The notes under the pieces are model-generated. The model ran no database searches. It was not told the DNA's origin and saw only the letters and a program-made list of their open reading frames with translations. Shown here piece after piece: positions 51,420-64,000 of a stretch of DNA of 64,000 nt; the first letter of the stretch is position 1; each line of letters begins with the position of its first letter. This DNA comes from Chiloscyllium plagiosum. Taxonomy: Eukaryota. The stretch covers positions 97,862,648 through 97,926,647 of the forward strand of contig NC_057715.1 of NCBI RefSeq assembly GCF_004010195.1, written 5' to 3'. Made by a program: the position numbers and the translations under genes.

Positions 51420-52605
51420 AGTGGGATGATGGTAAACTTGCAGGTTGAGTCAGTCATTGGAAGGCAAATGCAATGTTGGCATTTATTTTGAGAGGACCTG
51501 AATATAAAAGCAGGGATGTAAATCTGAGGTTCTGTAAGGCTCTGGTCAGACTATATTTGAAGTATTGTGTGCAGGTTTGGGCCCCATATCTCAAGAAGGA
51601 TGTACTAGCCCTGGAGCAGGTTTAGAGGAGGTTCATGAGAATGGTTCCAGGAATGAAAAACTTAATATATATAGCCCGACAACTCTCGGGCTATATAGTC
51701 ATAGAAATGTACAGCATGGAAACAGACCCTTCGGTCCAACTCGTCCATGCCAATCAGATATCCTAAATTAATCTAATCCCATTTGCCAGCACTTGGCTCA
51801 CATCCCTCTAAACCCTTCCTATTCATATACCCATCTAGATGCCTTTGAAATGTTGTAATTGTACCAGCCTCCACCATTTCCTCTGGCAGCTCATTCCATA
51901 CACGCACCAACTTTTGAATGAAACAGTTTCCCCTTAAGTCCCTTTTAAATCTTTCCCCCTCACTCTAAACCTATGACCTCTAGTTCTGGACTCCTCCACC
52001 CCAGGGAAAAGAGCCTGTCTATTTTCTTGTCTACCAGTGATTTTGCATTGGACTGCCAAAGGAAGTTTTAAAGGTGTGATGTTTTATCATAGAACATTTT
52101 CCTAAATTCAAGAGAATTCCATTCAAATTTAATGTAAATCTGGTTTATAATTAGACAATTTTCAAAATGGTAGGTACACAAGGTGGAATTCTGTTTTATT
52201 TATTATTTTAATTTTAACATATTCTTGCTAGTTCATCCACTCCATGGAGTTTAAAAGGATGAGGAGGGATCTGGTTGTTGCGAAGATGTTTCCACTGGTA
52301 GGAGAGAATAGGACCCGAGGGCACAACATTAGAGTAAAGGGAGGACCTTTCAGAATGGAGATAAGGAGAAACTTCTTCAGCTAGAGAGTGTTGAATCTAT
52401 GGAATTCACTGCCACAGACGGTTGTGGAGGCCAGGTGCTTGAGTGTATTTAAGACGGAGAAAGATAGGTTCTTGACAAGGGGACCAAGCGTTATGGGGGG
52501 AAAGCGGGAGAATGGGGTTCAGAAACTTATCAGCCATCTTTGAATGGTGGAGCAGAAAGGTTGGGCTGAATGGCTTAACTTCTGCTCCTATGTTTATGGT
52601 CTTAT
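51420..52605 (+). mobile_element. CR1 3' region with a nested minus-strand CR1 end (~51698-52030)
   Basis: GGAAGGCAAATGCAATGTTGGCATTTATT..GAATATAAAAGCAGGGAT.. and a CCTATGTTTATGGTCTTATG tail. Confidence 0.75.
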
Positions 52606-53109
52606 GGACTGGAACAAATGTTTTGAAGTTATTGAACATCGTCAGTCTTAAACAAAAAGTACTAAAAAAATCAGGTTAGTAATCTACTCTATGCAATTAG
52701 AACGGTCAGCGATGATGCGCTAACCAGACAAGGGAGGATGAAATATATCTTTTGACAAGAAAAAGGAAGGAACAAAAGAAGAACATTACAGTGCAGGAAA
52801 AGGCCCTTTGGTCCAACCAAGCCTGTGCTGACACATGATGCCTTTCCAAACTAAAAAGCTTTTGTGTCGACATGATCCATATCTCAATTCCCTGCCTATT
52901 CATGTATCTGTCAACATTGTTATTGTATCATCTCTGCTGGAAGTCCTAAAATTCTTTGATGCATATTTTAATATAATTGAATGGGCTATGTTTAACAAAA
53001 CAAGCAGAGATCAAGGGAGTCAATTGATTTCTTATTTAATGATATTCACAAGTTAGCTAGAAATTGTGCACATGGTGAACTAAAGGATGAATTAAAATGG
53101 GATCACAAT

Positions 53110-54580
53110 AATCCCTGGGACTTGATCATGCATTTCCCAGAGTTTTGTGGGAAGCTAGGGAAGTGATTGCTGGGCCCCTTCCTGAGATACTTGTATCATT
53201 GACAGTAACAGGTGAGGTGCCGGAAGACTGGAAGTTGGTTAATGTGTTAACATCATTTAAGAAAGACTGTTAGGAAAAGCCAAGGAACTGTGGACCGGTG
53301 AGTGTGATGTCAGTGATGGGTAGGGATTCTGAGTAAGGGATTCTGAGGGACAAAATTTAAATGCATTTGGAAAGACAATGGATGATTAGGGATAGTAAAC
53401 ATGGCTTTGTGTGTGGGAAATCGTGTATCACTGACTTGATTGAGTTTTTTAAGAGGTGACAAAGAAGGTTGATGAAGGCAGAGTGGTAGATGTTGTCTAT
53501 ATGGATTTCAGCAAAGCATTCAACAAAGTTACACACGGTAGACTAGTTAGTAAGATTAGATCACATAGGATCCAGGGCAAACTAGCTACTTGGATACAAA
53601 ATTGCCTTGAAGGAAGGAGACAGAGGGTGGTGGTAGAGGGTTGCTTTTTTGGACTGGAGGCCTGTGATCAGGGGTGTGCTACAAGGATCAGCGCTGGGTC
53701 CAGTGCTTTTCGTCTTTTACATAAATGATTTGGATGTAAATATAGAAGGCATGGTGAATAAGTTTGCACTTGACACCAATAAGGTTACCTCAGAGTACAA
53801 CAGGAACTTGACCAGATGGGCCAATGGACTGAGTAGTGGCTGATGGAATTTAATTTAGATAACTGTGAGATGCTGTATTTTGGTAAGGTAAACCACGGCA
53901 GGACATATACACTTAATGGTAGGGCCCTGGGAGTGTTCCAAACAAAGAGATCTGGGGGTGCAGGTGCATAGTTCCTTGAAATTGGAGTCGCAGGTAGACA
54001 GAATGAAGATCGTGTTTGATATGCTTACCTTAATTGGGCAGATTATTGAATTGTGAGGTCATGTTATGGCTGTACAGGACATTGGTGAGGCAACTTTTAG
54101 AATATTGTTCTAAAAGTATAGTTCTTTTCACCTTTCTATAGCAAAGGTGTTTTTAAACTTGAGAGGGTGCAGAAAACAATTTCAAGGATTTTGCCAGGAC
54201 TGAGAGTTTGAGCCCTCTTGAGAGACTGACTATGGTGGAGCTTTTTTCTCTGGAGTGTTAGAGGCTGAGGGGTGACATTATAGAGCTTTATAAAATCATG
54301 ACGGGCATGGATAGGGTGGAAGATTCCAAGACTAGACAGCATAGGTTTAAGGTGAGAGGAAAGATTTAAAAAGGACCTGAGGGGTGCATGTATGGAATGA
54401 GCCGTCAGAGGAAGTGAGGGAGACAGGTACAATTCCAACATTTAAAAAGCATCTGTATGGGTATATGAATAGGAAGAGTTTAGAGGAATATGAGCCAAAT
54501 TTGGGTTTAACAGACTAGGCTTATTGGGACATCTGGATGAGTGGACTGAAGGGTCTTTCTCCGTGCTATATGACTCTATC
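53110..54580 (+). mobile_element. CR1 RT region to 3' end, decayed
   Basis: VDEGRVVDVVYMDFSKAF.KV.HGRLV.K; GV.QGS.LGP.LF..YINDLD; CTATATGACTCTAT tail. Confidence 0.85.
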
Positions 54581-55105
54581 AGGATCATACATGAGACATT
54601 GTCTAACTTATTGCAATCAAAGGAGAATTTGAAATTTGCAAAGGCAAATTCATGAGGCACATAAAGATCTGGAAGAAATATTGGCTGATAGTTCACAGAT
54701 GGTCTGATCTCCATGGAAGAAAGCAAACTCAGTAATGGTGTGCCGAGCATAACTTCATTAATCATTCCCTCCATCTCTGACACAGTGGCAGCATTGTGCA
54801 CCATCTACAATGCGCACTACGCAATTTACCAAGGCTCCTTAAACGGCACTTCCAAACCCGCAACCCTTACCATCAACAGATAACCTGGGAACCTCACCAT
54901 CTTCAAGTTTCCCTCCAGGCCACACACCAGCCTTGTTTGGAACAATATTGTTTTTCCTTCACTGTTGCTGGGTCAAAGTCCTAGAATTCTCTTCCTAAGA
55001 GCACTGTGGATATATGTATAGTATATCAACTGCAACAATTCAAGAAGACAGCCCACTCCCATTTTCTCAAGGGCAATTAAGGATTGGCAATAAAAGCAGC
55101 CCAAA

Positions 55106-55429
55106 TTAGATTAGATTAGATAGATTACTTACAGTGTGGAAACAGGCCCTTCGGCCCAACAAGTCCACACCGACCCGCCGAAGCGCAACCCACCCATACC
55201 CCTACATCCACCCCTTTAACCTAACACTACGGGCAATTTAGCATGGCCAATTCACCTGACCCGCACATCTTTGGACTGTGGGAGGAAACCGGAGCACCCG
55301 GAGGAAACCCACGCAGACACAGGGAGAATGTGCAAACTCCACACAGTCAGTCGCCTGAGTCGGGAATTGAACCCGGGTCTACAGGCGCTGTGAGGCAGCA
55401 GTGCTAACCACTGGGCCACCGTGCCGCCC
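55106..55429 (-). mobile_element. Young HE1 V-SINE
   Basis: Near-consensus, CpG-rich copy; (TTAGA)n tail; CAAATTAG duplicated on both flanks. Confidence 0.92.
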
Positions 55430-55756
55430 ACAAATTAGTGATGTCCAGATCCTGTAAATGGATTATAAAAAAAACTGCCCTGTAGGGGACAGTTGAATAA
55501 TACAATTGTGATAAACTAGGTCCTTTCAAAATACAGTACTGTCATCCCAGTACTGCAATCATTGGAAGTAAAAGATCATAGAGTTTCAAACATAGTTAGA
55601 TCAATGAAATAGGAGAATCACAGCCCAGAAGTTATAGACCCTAGGAGGGCTTAGATCGAAAATACTGGCCCGTATTCCCTGATGTAGAGGGACGTTCTAC
55701 TGAATTGAAACTAGGTAGTGGAGAAGGTACTAGTATATTCTCTTACAAGTTTATCT

Positions 55757-56175
55757 GTTTTAACCAATTCAAGTTTTCTTCAAGCAAACTGCAAGGCACA
55801 GGAGGAACACATTTGAAAGTAAAAGCTCAGAATGTGACAAGATTCGAATATAATAAGACAAAGATATAACTTTTATATTTTACAAAATCAAGAATCATTA
55901 CACTTCTCAACAGGAAAACCTGCTCAAGATTGTAACTGATCCTTCAGTTCGAAGTTGCTGAAGAAAGTTTTAACCAATTCAAGTTTTCTTCAAGCAAACT
56001 GCAAGGCACAGGAGGAACACATTTGAAAGTAAAAGCTCAGAATGTGACAAGATTCGAATATAAAAAACAAAGATATAACTTTTATATTTTACAAAATCAA
56101 GAATCATCACACTTCTCAACAGGAAAACCTGCTCAAGATTGAAACTGATCCTTCAGTTCGAAGTTGCTGAAGAAA
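55757..56175 (+). repeat. Tandem duplication, two ~210-bp units
   Basis: Units start at 55757 and 55967 (GTTTTAACCAATTCAAG...GTTGCTGAAGAAA) and differ by only a few substitutions and one indel. Confidence 0.95.
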
Positions 56176-59100
56176 AAACCAGTGCTGAAATTAGGGAAAT
56201 TGTTTCCAGGACCTGAGTAGATTAAATAATGTATCCTGATGATATTATAGGCAAATGTAAAACCAATTTATCTTTTTAACCACAAAAACGAACCCACAAA
56301 AAGATAAAGTGTAGGTAGTTATTGAAAAAATGCAACAGGGGCAATGTTAGTGTTAATTTTCTTTCTGGCTGCACTGGTCTCCGAGACCTGCATGCAGCAG
56401 TAACTTCTGAAACTCAAAGTCAATGCATTGCGAGTCGCTGTGTATGTGAGCAGGCATATGGTTTAGAGAAAACATTGAACAGAAGATAATTTCATTGATC
56501 ATTGTACTCATTAAATAGTGCTAAGTCAAATCACGGCACCAAGATCCGTGTGGATGTGACCTAATTCAACAAAGCAATACTGTGTGAAATTCATCCAATG
56601 TCCTGAGTTGAAGATAGCCTCGTTAAATTGACAAAATGCACACTGTTCATAAAATTAGATGCTACCAGTGAATTTTGGTGTGTATCTATGGCCAGGAATC
56701 AAAGTTACCAATTACTTTTGTAATGCCTATTGGTCATTATTGCTTCAACAGGCTCCTTTTAGGAACAGTATCTGTTTGTGAAACATTACAGAAAATCCAA
56801 CTTAATCCATGGTAAAGATGGGAATTTTTTATTCATTCATGGGATACGGGCTTTTGTGGCTGGGCCATAGTTTTATTGGACTTCCCTAACTGGCCCTTGA
56901 GAAAGAGCTACCTTCTTGAACCACTGCAATCTTGAAGACATTGCAGAATACTGGCCCAAAACTAAATAAGCAGTGTGAATTTGCAAAGCCTGTAATCCAA
57001 TTCCTCGTTTTACGTAGTACAGGCTACAGGAATAAGGATTGATCTTCAGAAGATGATCAGAGAATTTCTACAACATATGAACATAAAACAGCTGCAAGGA
57101 TTCCAAAGGATGGCTAACCACATTGGGAATTCATACATAATCTATCAGCAACTGTTCAGAGAGCTGTTAAGATTGTGCTAACAAAATTGCTGGAAGGTCA
57201 GAGGAATTATTTCATAAATTTTAAGAAATTGTTCATTTCTTCTGAAATATTAGCACACTGTGATTCAAAAGGTGCAACAATAGTAGCTGCAGATGTGTAA
57301 TCCAAAAGTCTTGCTACAGTGTTGCTATAAGTCTAAGAAGAATGAAAATGTAAAACAATAAAGGTTTGTAACTGAAACATAGAAAATAGGAGCAGGAGTA
57401 GGCCATTTGGCTCTTGGGTATGCTCTGTTGCTCCATATGGGAGGGATCATAGTTGATCATCGAACTATGTTCCTACTTACTCCACATACTCGTTGATCTC
57501 TTTAGCTTTAAAAACTATATTAACCTCTTTATTGAAAACATTAATTGATTTGGCCTCATACACTCTGGCAGAGAATTCTACAAGCTTGCCACAATCTAAG
57601 TGAAGAATTTTCTCTCCATCTCAGTCCGAATTGGCCAACCTATTGTGTTTGTGGTTCACTAGAACCATAAATAGAATACGAGGTAGGCAAAGTAAACCTG
57701 AACAGGGAATACTGTATTGTAGGTCTCTCAGCTTCACAGTAGGTTTTAAACTGCTTTCCCTAGCTCCCGCTTTTGTGTCATCTGACCCACTCTTAAAGAT
57801 TTAGATTTAGACTTTATTGTCACATGTACTCAAGTGCAGAAGTACAGGAGTGCAGTGAAAAGTGTATATTGTGCCACACACAGTGCCATCCTAGGTTTAA
57901 AGACACCTAGGTACAAAGTAATAAAAGATGTTAAGCATTAGCTTCATAGAATAAGTAGAAAAATAAAGAAGTAGGATAATAGATAACATTAAAGTCCTTC
58001 CTGATATAAACTTGAAAAATAAAGGAATAAAGTTAAAAATACACCATGTTTTGATGAGTCCTCTGCTTAGCTCGCTCTCTGAGACCATAGCTGTCTGTTC
58101 TTGACACCACTGCTGCAGATACTGGGGATCCACTCTCACCACTCACTCTTCCTGCATTGGGCCATGATGCCATCGCCGCTGCTGCTGAAGCTGCCGCATC
58201 CCTGCTTTCGTCCTGCTGCCTCCAGAACATGCCCAGGCAGGACCCACTTGCATGCTGAGATACAGTCACACTGGGCCGAGACACTGTCACGCTGGTTAAG
58301 AGACCACCACTAGCCAGGCCCGGCTGGGCTGGTCCAGGCCGAAAGGACGCCTCGCCAGGCCCATGCTGAGGTGGGACTAAAGAAAAGAAATACCAAGAGA
58401 AGAAAAAAAGAGAAAGAAACGGATGGAACGGTCAACTTTAGGCTGAAACGTCCTGCCCTGCCACCATAAAAGAGGCAACACGCCCAGCTATATACACAAT
58501 GCTACCCCATATCCTTAAACAGTGATCCCTGGTTTTGGATTCCCTGGTCATCAGGACACCCTTCCAGCCTTTACTCATCGACTTCCTGTTAGAACTTTGT
58601 AGGTTTCTATGAGAGCCCCCTCTCATTATTCTTGAACTCCAGTGAATATAGTCCTAATCAATCCAATTTCTCTTCAAATGTCAGCACTGCCATCCCAGGA
58701 ATCAATCTGGTAATTTTTGCTGCACTCCCTCCATAGTCAAAACATCCTTCCTTAGATAATAAAATCAAAACTGCACACAATATTCCAGGCGTGGTCTCAC
58801 CAAGGCCCTATACAATTGCAGGAAGACATCTCTGCTGCTGTATTTGAATGAAAGCTATGAAGGCAACATACCATTTGCCTTCTTCAATGCCCGCTGCACC
58901 TGCCTGCTTACCCTTATTGATTGATATACAAGGACTCCCAGGTCTCATTACACCTGGTTATTGCCCAATCTATTGTGATTCGGATTATAATCTGCCTTCC
59001 TGTTTTTGCTACCAAAGTGGATAAAGAGAAAAGATATGCCAACATTTTAAAAAATGCCTTAGTGACAATGTGTGTATGCGAGAAGCTCTCAGACTATGTT

Positions 59101-60164
59101 TTGGAGCTAAGGTTTAAGATTAAAGCAGATCGCAAGTACTCTTTTCAATGTGGAGGAACCTATGCCAACTCACATTCAACACTTCAGACTGTATTTGATG
59201 AGTTATGACTCAACCATGGAGTACACATAAGAGAAATGCCAAACCATAGCATGTAATTTACCATCTGAAGAGATTCAAAAACATGTTTTGCAGTTTGTAG
59301 CAAAAGTAGAAGTACATATGTAGTTGGTAACGAAACTTACCAGAGGAAAACTTGGAATAGATTAGGGAAGCTCATGACCAAGATAAAGAATGTCTTCCTA
59401 TTGATCTCAAGACATTACTTTAAGAAACAAAAATGTGTCACATTTATAGATTATTTATTAGTCTTTAAGGAAAACTTAGTAATACCCAAAATATACAGAA
59501 CTAATTTTGTAGAGATTAAATTAAGATCATCTTGGAATATCAAAATGTTGAGCAGGAGCCTCAGAAGCCAGTTTTCTGGCCAAGGATTATCATTCAGTTG
59601 AAGAAATTGTATTCAACTGGCAAATCTTCACTAGCAACAGTCTAAAACAGAAAGAATCATTATCACCATTATTTCCATCAAAACCAAGGGAAAAATTAGA
59701 AATTGATTGATGAAGAGAAATCTAGACTCAAAACGTTAATAGCTGCTAGCTTGCTTTCTCTCCATGGATGCTACTGACCTACTGTGATCTCCAGCATTTT
59801 TTGTTTGGGATTGACTTGATTGAGTTTGAAAATAAAGTATTTATAATTATTGTCAACTATTATTGAAGATGGTTTGCAGTAAATCATTATCAAAGTATCA
59901 CAATGGGCACAGCAATAAAGTCATTAAAACAATTCTCAATATTCCTGACAGGGTGGTATCTAGTAATGGACCACAATTTTACAAATGAACAGTTTAAAGA
60001 ATTTGCCAAAGAATATGGCTTCATTCAATGGTTTACCCTATTACCCTCAAGCAAACTATGAAGCAGAAAGAGGAGTTCAAACTATAAAAGAATTTCAAAA
60101 GAAATTTTTGATATTGATTTCACTCTACTGAGTCATGGATCACCACCACAAAATGGAGTAATTA

Positions 60165-60745
60165 TATACAGGAAGGAGATAGAGCCCTTCGTGTCATGGT
60201 GCAGTGATAACAATCTCTGTCTCAATGTCAGCAAAACAAAAGAACTGATCATTGACTTCAGGAAGAAAGGAAGAGGACACACTCATGGCTACATTCATGG
60301 AGATGCGGTGGAGAGGATCAAAAGCGCCAAGATCCTGGGAGTGATGTTAGCCAACAATCTGTCCTGGACCTTCCACGTAGATGTGATGGTTAAGAAGGCA
60401 CAACAATGCCTCTTCTTCCACAAGGGGCTTAAAAAATTCAGCATGTCCATGAGGACCTTCACCAACATTTACAGATGCACCTTAAAAAGCATTCTATCTA
60501 GGTGCAAAATGGCTTGGTATGGCAACTGCCCTGCCCAGGACTGTAAGAAACTAGCACAAGTTGTGTGCATAGCCAGGACTATCACGGAAGCCAACCTCCC
60601 ATCCATTGACTCCATCTACACTTCTCGTTGATGCGCGAAGGGCTGTCAACATCAACACAAACCCCTCCTACCCTGGTAATACTCTCTTCCAACCTCTTCA
60701 ATCAGGCAGAAGATACAGAAGCTTGAACACCAACAGATTTATGAA
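60165..60745 (+). mobile_element. Rex1/Babar RT C-terminal fragment
   Basis: WCSDNNLCLNVSKTKELIIDFRK..NLSW..H....KKAQQ.LFF..LKKF (ORF 60191-60631). Confidence 0.8.
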
Positions 60746-60819
60746 TGAAGGGAATACCATGGATGCAGCTTCCATTTTTGTCAGAAGAAAGAGCTCAACA
60801 TTGCCACAATCATAGACTG

Positions 60820-61290
60820 GGATTATCTAAATTGATCCCAAGTCTGAGGGATTTTTCTTTGAGGAGAGGTTGAGGAAGTTGGATTTGTTGGAGTTTAGAA
60901 GAATGAGAGGATACCTTACTGAATTGTAAGTTTCTGAAGGGGCTTGACAAGATAAATAAGGAGGGGTAGTTTCTCTTTTTGTGGGAAACTCTAGGACAAG
61001 AGATCATAATCTCAGAGTAAGAGGCCACCAATTTTAAAACAGAAATGAGCAGGGCTTTGTTATTGTAGAGAGCGGTGAATCTCTGAAATTCTTTACTGCA
61101 GAGGTCTGTCGAGGCTGGGTAGTTAAGTACATTCAAGGTTGAGATAGGCAGAATTCTAATCATTAAGGGAATAAGAGTTACAGGGAAAAGGCAAGAAAGT
61201 GGAATTAAGAATTATCAGCTCAGTCGCGATCTTATTGAATGGTAAAGTGGACTCAATGGAATAAATACTACTTTTGCTCCTACATCTTTT
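60820..61290 (+). mobile_element. CR1 3' fragment
   Basis: GGAGTTTAGAAGAATGAGAGG..TCTAGGACAAGAGATCATAATCTCAGA.. and a CR1-like tail. Confidence 0.75.
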
Positions 61291-62813
61291 GGGAAACCAT
61301 GAAGAAGTCTGAAGAGAAAAGCACACCAGGAAGTTCAGTCACCATAAGTGAGCGAGGGAGTTACCAATTGTTAAGATGGGGAAAGAAAATGGTTCCAAGA
61401 CCAACAAAAGAAGACACCACTATTGAAAAAAACAGAGCAGCTGAGATCATATTCATGAAAACATCTCATGGTATTAAAAGGATAAATTGGACATCCTATT
61501 ATCTGTGAAACAAAAAAAACACAAACATACTACTGACTTTAAACAAGAACAGAGCCCCACCAATAACTTTACAGAAACTCAAAGAAATGCACTCAAGACA
61601 GGAGAAGGCAGAGTGTAACTGGTCTTTAGCCTTCGATACAATCTTAATGAGATTAGGGCAGGTTATAATGTTGAGTCAGAGACAAACCCTGTAATATTTA
61701 TGACCTGTGATGGAGACATAATTGGAAACTTTGCAAAGTAAAGGTTCTTTTTGAAATTAACATTGTCCTGCAGTACAGTCATTTGAAAAATAATCAGCCT
61801 CAGCACACCAATAAGATGAAATATTAAAGTTTTTCATATGTGAAAAAAAGTTACTTAAAATTAACACACCTACTTATGGACTCTCATTTTCATTATGCTA
61901 TTGCTGTTAACCCTTAAATTAACTGTTCCTTCTAGGTGTTTAAGATGTTGGTATCTGGAAGTCCATTGTTAGCAAACCTACCAATTCACAACAGGTTTTT
62001 AATCACTGCTGAGCACTCAGTTCCATAAGACTCCATACTGACATACAAATTGATTAAATCTTTGCTGGATCCATTCAATGGAACATTGTTTGATAAATGT
62101 CTAGTCTAGTAGCTTTATCTGAAAATGCAGAGATTTAATGTCTTTCAAATATTCAGCATTTTGTTTTTCAAAAAAAATTAACAAAAATTAGATACATTTG
62201 TTTCATATTACGCTGTTTGCAGGTTACTTTAATCACAAAAAATACTCACCAAATATTAGTAAAAATTAAAATATAAAAATAAATACATTCTGAAAAGCAA
62301 TAGCAGCTAAAAAATAAATTGTTCAACATATTCATTCAGAGGTCAGTGCAAAATGTCAGTAGTTCAAGGCATGGAATCGAATATTTGTATTACAGCCACC
62401 AGTTCCCTCTCACAAAACTGATCTTTCAATTTGCAATCAACATATTGAGCTTTTCAACAGTCTATTTAATCCCTGATAAAACATTCCTTTGTAAAGAAAC
62501 CTCTAGCAATTTCTGTAGAATTATCTTCATTGCCTTATCTAATGTGTTCTCAAAATTTGAGAAAACTGAAACCTGGCTCAGAAGCCCAGATTCTCTGATT
62601 GGGTCCACTTGATAAACAAATGGAATGAATTAGCCAAATCCAATTAGAAAATTGAACAATTTTCAATAAAAGCTAAATCCTAAAATAAGCACTACTGCTA
62701 TGTGGGAGGAGAAATGACAAAAAAACCCCCAGGGGATTTAGTATCTCCTCAGTTCGGGAATTGATTCAAAGCTGAGAAAGAGAAAAAGAACAAAAATGCT
62801 AAATCCTGTCTCA

Positions 62814-62885
62814 GGCTTTTTAACTCAGTGTTAGAGCACTGGCCTGGTAAACCAGCGATTATGAGTTCAAATTTCTCTTGGGCCT
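62814..62885 (+). pseudogene. Degenerate tRNA-Thr-derived sequence (pseudogene or SINE head)
   Basis: GGCT....AACTCAGTGTTAGAGCACTGGCCT-GGT-AAACCAG...GAGTTCAAAT....GGGCCT resembles vertebrate tRNA-Thr(UGU); acceptor and T stems are mismatched. Confidence 0.65.
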
Positions 62886-62948
62886 TGCATAGCTCCCTTG
62901 AACAGCATTAGCAGTTTTAGGGCCCTCTTGTGCAGCAGTGGTAGTGTC

Positions 62949-63130
62949 GAGAGTGTGGTGCTGGAAAAGTACAGCAGGTCAGGCAGCATCTTAGGAGCAG
63001 GAGAGTTAACGGGCTTATGCCCAAAACATTAATTTCCTGCTCCTCGGCTGCTGCCTGACCTGCTGTACTTTTCCAGCACCATACTCATGACTTTAATTTC
63101 CAGCATCTGCAATCCTCACTTTCACCCAGT
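62949..63130. mobile_element. Penelope-end foldback inserted into a short tRNA-derived SINE
   Basis: Arms GGTGCTGGAAAAGTACAGCAGGTCAGGCAGCA / TGCTGCCTGACCTGCTGTACTTTTCCAGCACC; GGTAGTGTC duplicated on the flanks. Confidence 0.75.
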
Positions 63131-63307
63131 TGCGGTAGTGTCCCTACCCCTGGATCAGAAGGCCAGTGTTCAAGCCCCACCTGTTCCAGAGGCATGTAAT
63201 AACATCTCTAAACAGGTTGATTAGAAAGACAAATTACATTAAAAAGCAGAAACGTGATGGGTCATCCTTCCCTCTCTTTCTCCTTTTCTTAAAAAAAGTT
63301 AAGCCCT

Positions 63308-63425
63308 AGGGGGCTGTTGTGGTGCAGATGTAGAGTCTTTAACCCCTGGACCAAGAGGCCTGGGTTCAATTCCCACCTGCTCCAGAGGTGTGTAATAATA
63401 TGTCTGAACAGGTTGATTAGAAAAT
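63308..63425 (+). mobile_element. Short (~115 bp) tRNA-derived SINE; related copies at ~39522-39632, ~50210-50290 (-) and ~62920-63227
   Basis: Shared TGGTGCAG..GTAG...GGGTTCAA.TCCCACCTGCTCCAGAGG...CTGAACAGGTTGATTAGAAAA. Confidence 0.65.
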
Positions 63426-64000
63426 TAGGCTACATTTTAAAAAAGCTAAATACTGCCCTCTTCAACTCTATCTTAATTTAGTTCCCTTCCACTTTCCCTA
63501 TCCTCCTTATTATTATTATTGCATTGATCCTGGTGGATAGTGATAATTAGTTATTCTTTTAATTAGTAACATGGGTGATTTGGTTGTGGCTAAGTGCAAA
63601 GATGTGTAGTAAACCTAATAATCTCTGAACAAGAAAAAAAGTTCAAAAGCTAAATCTCAGTGTATCACATTTCTTGTTCTGGATTTCAAAGATTTGAATA
63701 CTTTGATGAAGACCCCGTGATGTTATGTAGTTATGATATTGATTTAGGTTTACATCCATTGAAAATAGTTGCCCGAGAGATTTTCAAGATCTGTGTCAAA
63801 ATGTATCTTTGGCTTTTTGGCTATTTTTCAAACTACCCTTATTTCTTGTTTCCTGGAGTTATTATGATAATTGTTGTGGTGTGACTGTTTTGCCAATACC
63901 AATTGTAGAAAAATGGGCATACCATTGGGAAATCTCCAATATTGAAGGATAAAAGGAGGACTTAGCAGAATTCCAGGTTATTCAGGTTGCACCAGTCACC

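Larger units (their letters stand above)
55757..61640 (+). mobile_element. Decayed Gypsy pol (PR-RT-RH-IN order) with nested CR1, Rex and Penelope insertions
   Basis: RT at ~56530-56770 (NKAILCEIHPMS.VEDSL.KL...LF.KLDA...FW; GHYCFNRL); RNase H EKRYA...CEK.SDYVL.LRFKI..D.K at ~59025-59140; integrase PDRVVS.NGPQF..EQFKEFAKEYGF..YYPQAN.EAERGVQTIK at ~59820-60095. Confidence 0.8.

Noticed and set aside
24600-64000. TSGA10, MITD1, C2orf15 or USP35 exons expected from human synteny
   Set aside because: No matching peptide recognised by eye. Short or divergent exons could be missed, so tBLASTn is needed.

Overview
Eukaryotic (cartilaginous fish) genomic DNA. The shark assignment is inferred from HE1-type V-SINEs and the elasmobranch-style CR1 and Penelope repeats; carpet shark is a guess. 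Three protein-coding genes lie in tandem on the minus strand in the left 24.5 kb: ALG8 coding exons 1-8 (16331 down to 273, continuing off the left edge), KCTD21 (one coding exon, 18911-19642) and LIPT1 (one coding exon, 23054-24184). ALG8 intron 4 is a U12 minor-spliceosome intron. A pair of inverted ZNF143-type motifs marks a probable KCTD21 promoter. The remaining ~40 kb has no recognisable host coding exon and is a mosaic of nested, decayed mobile elements: CR1, Rex1/Babar, HE1 and Deu-type SINEs, two solo LTRs with target-site duplications, a Gmr1-like and a conventional Gypsy relic, Harbinger relics and many short Penelope-end insertions. Several of the Penelope ends form long inverted repeats and carry minimal hammerhead-ribozyme-like cores, including a perfect 90-bp-arm palindrome at 48390-48571. 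No wholly new system is demonstrated. Repeat family names and comparisons with human genes come from recall, not from database searches; repeat boundaries without a stated TSD are approximate.
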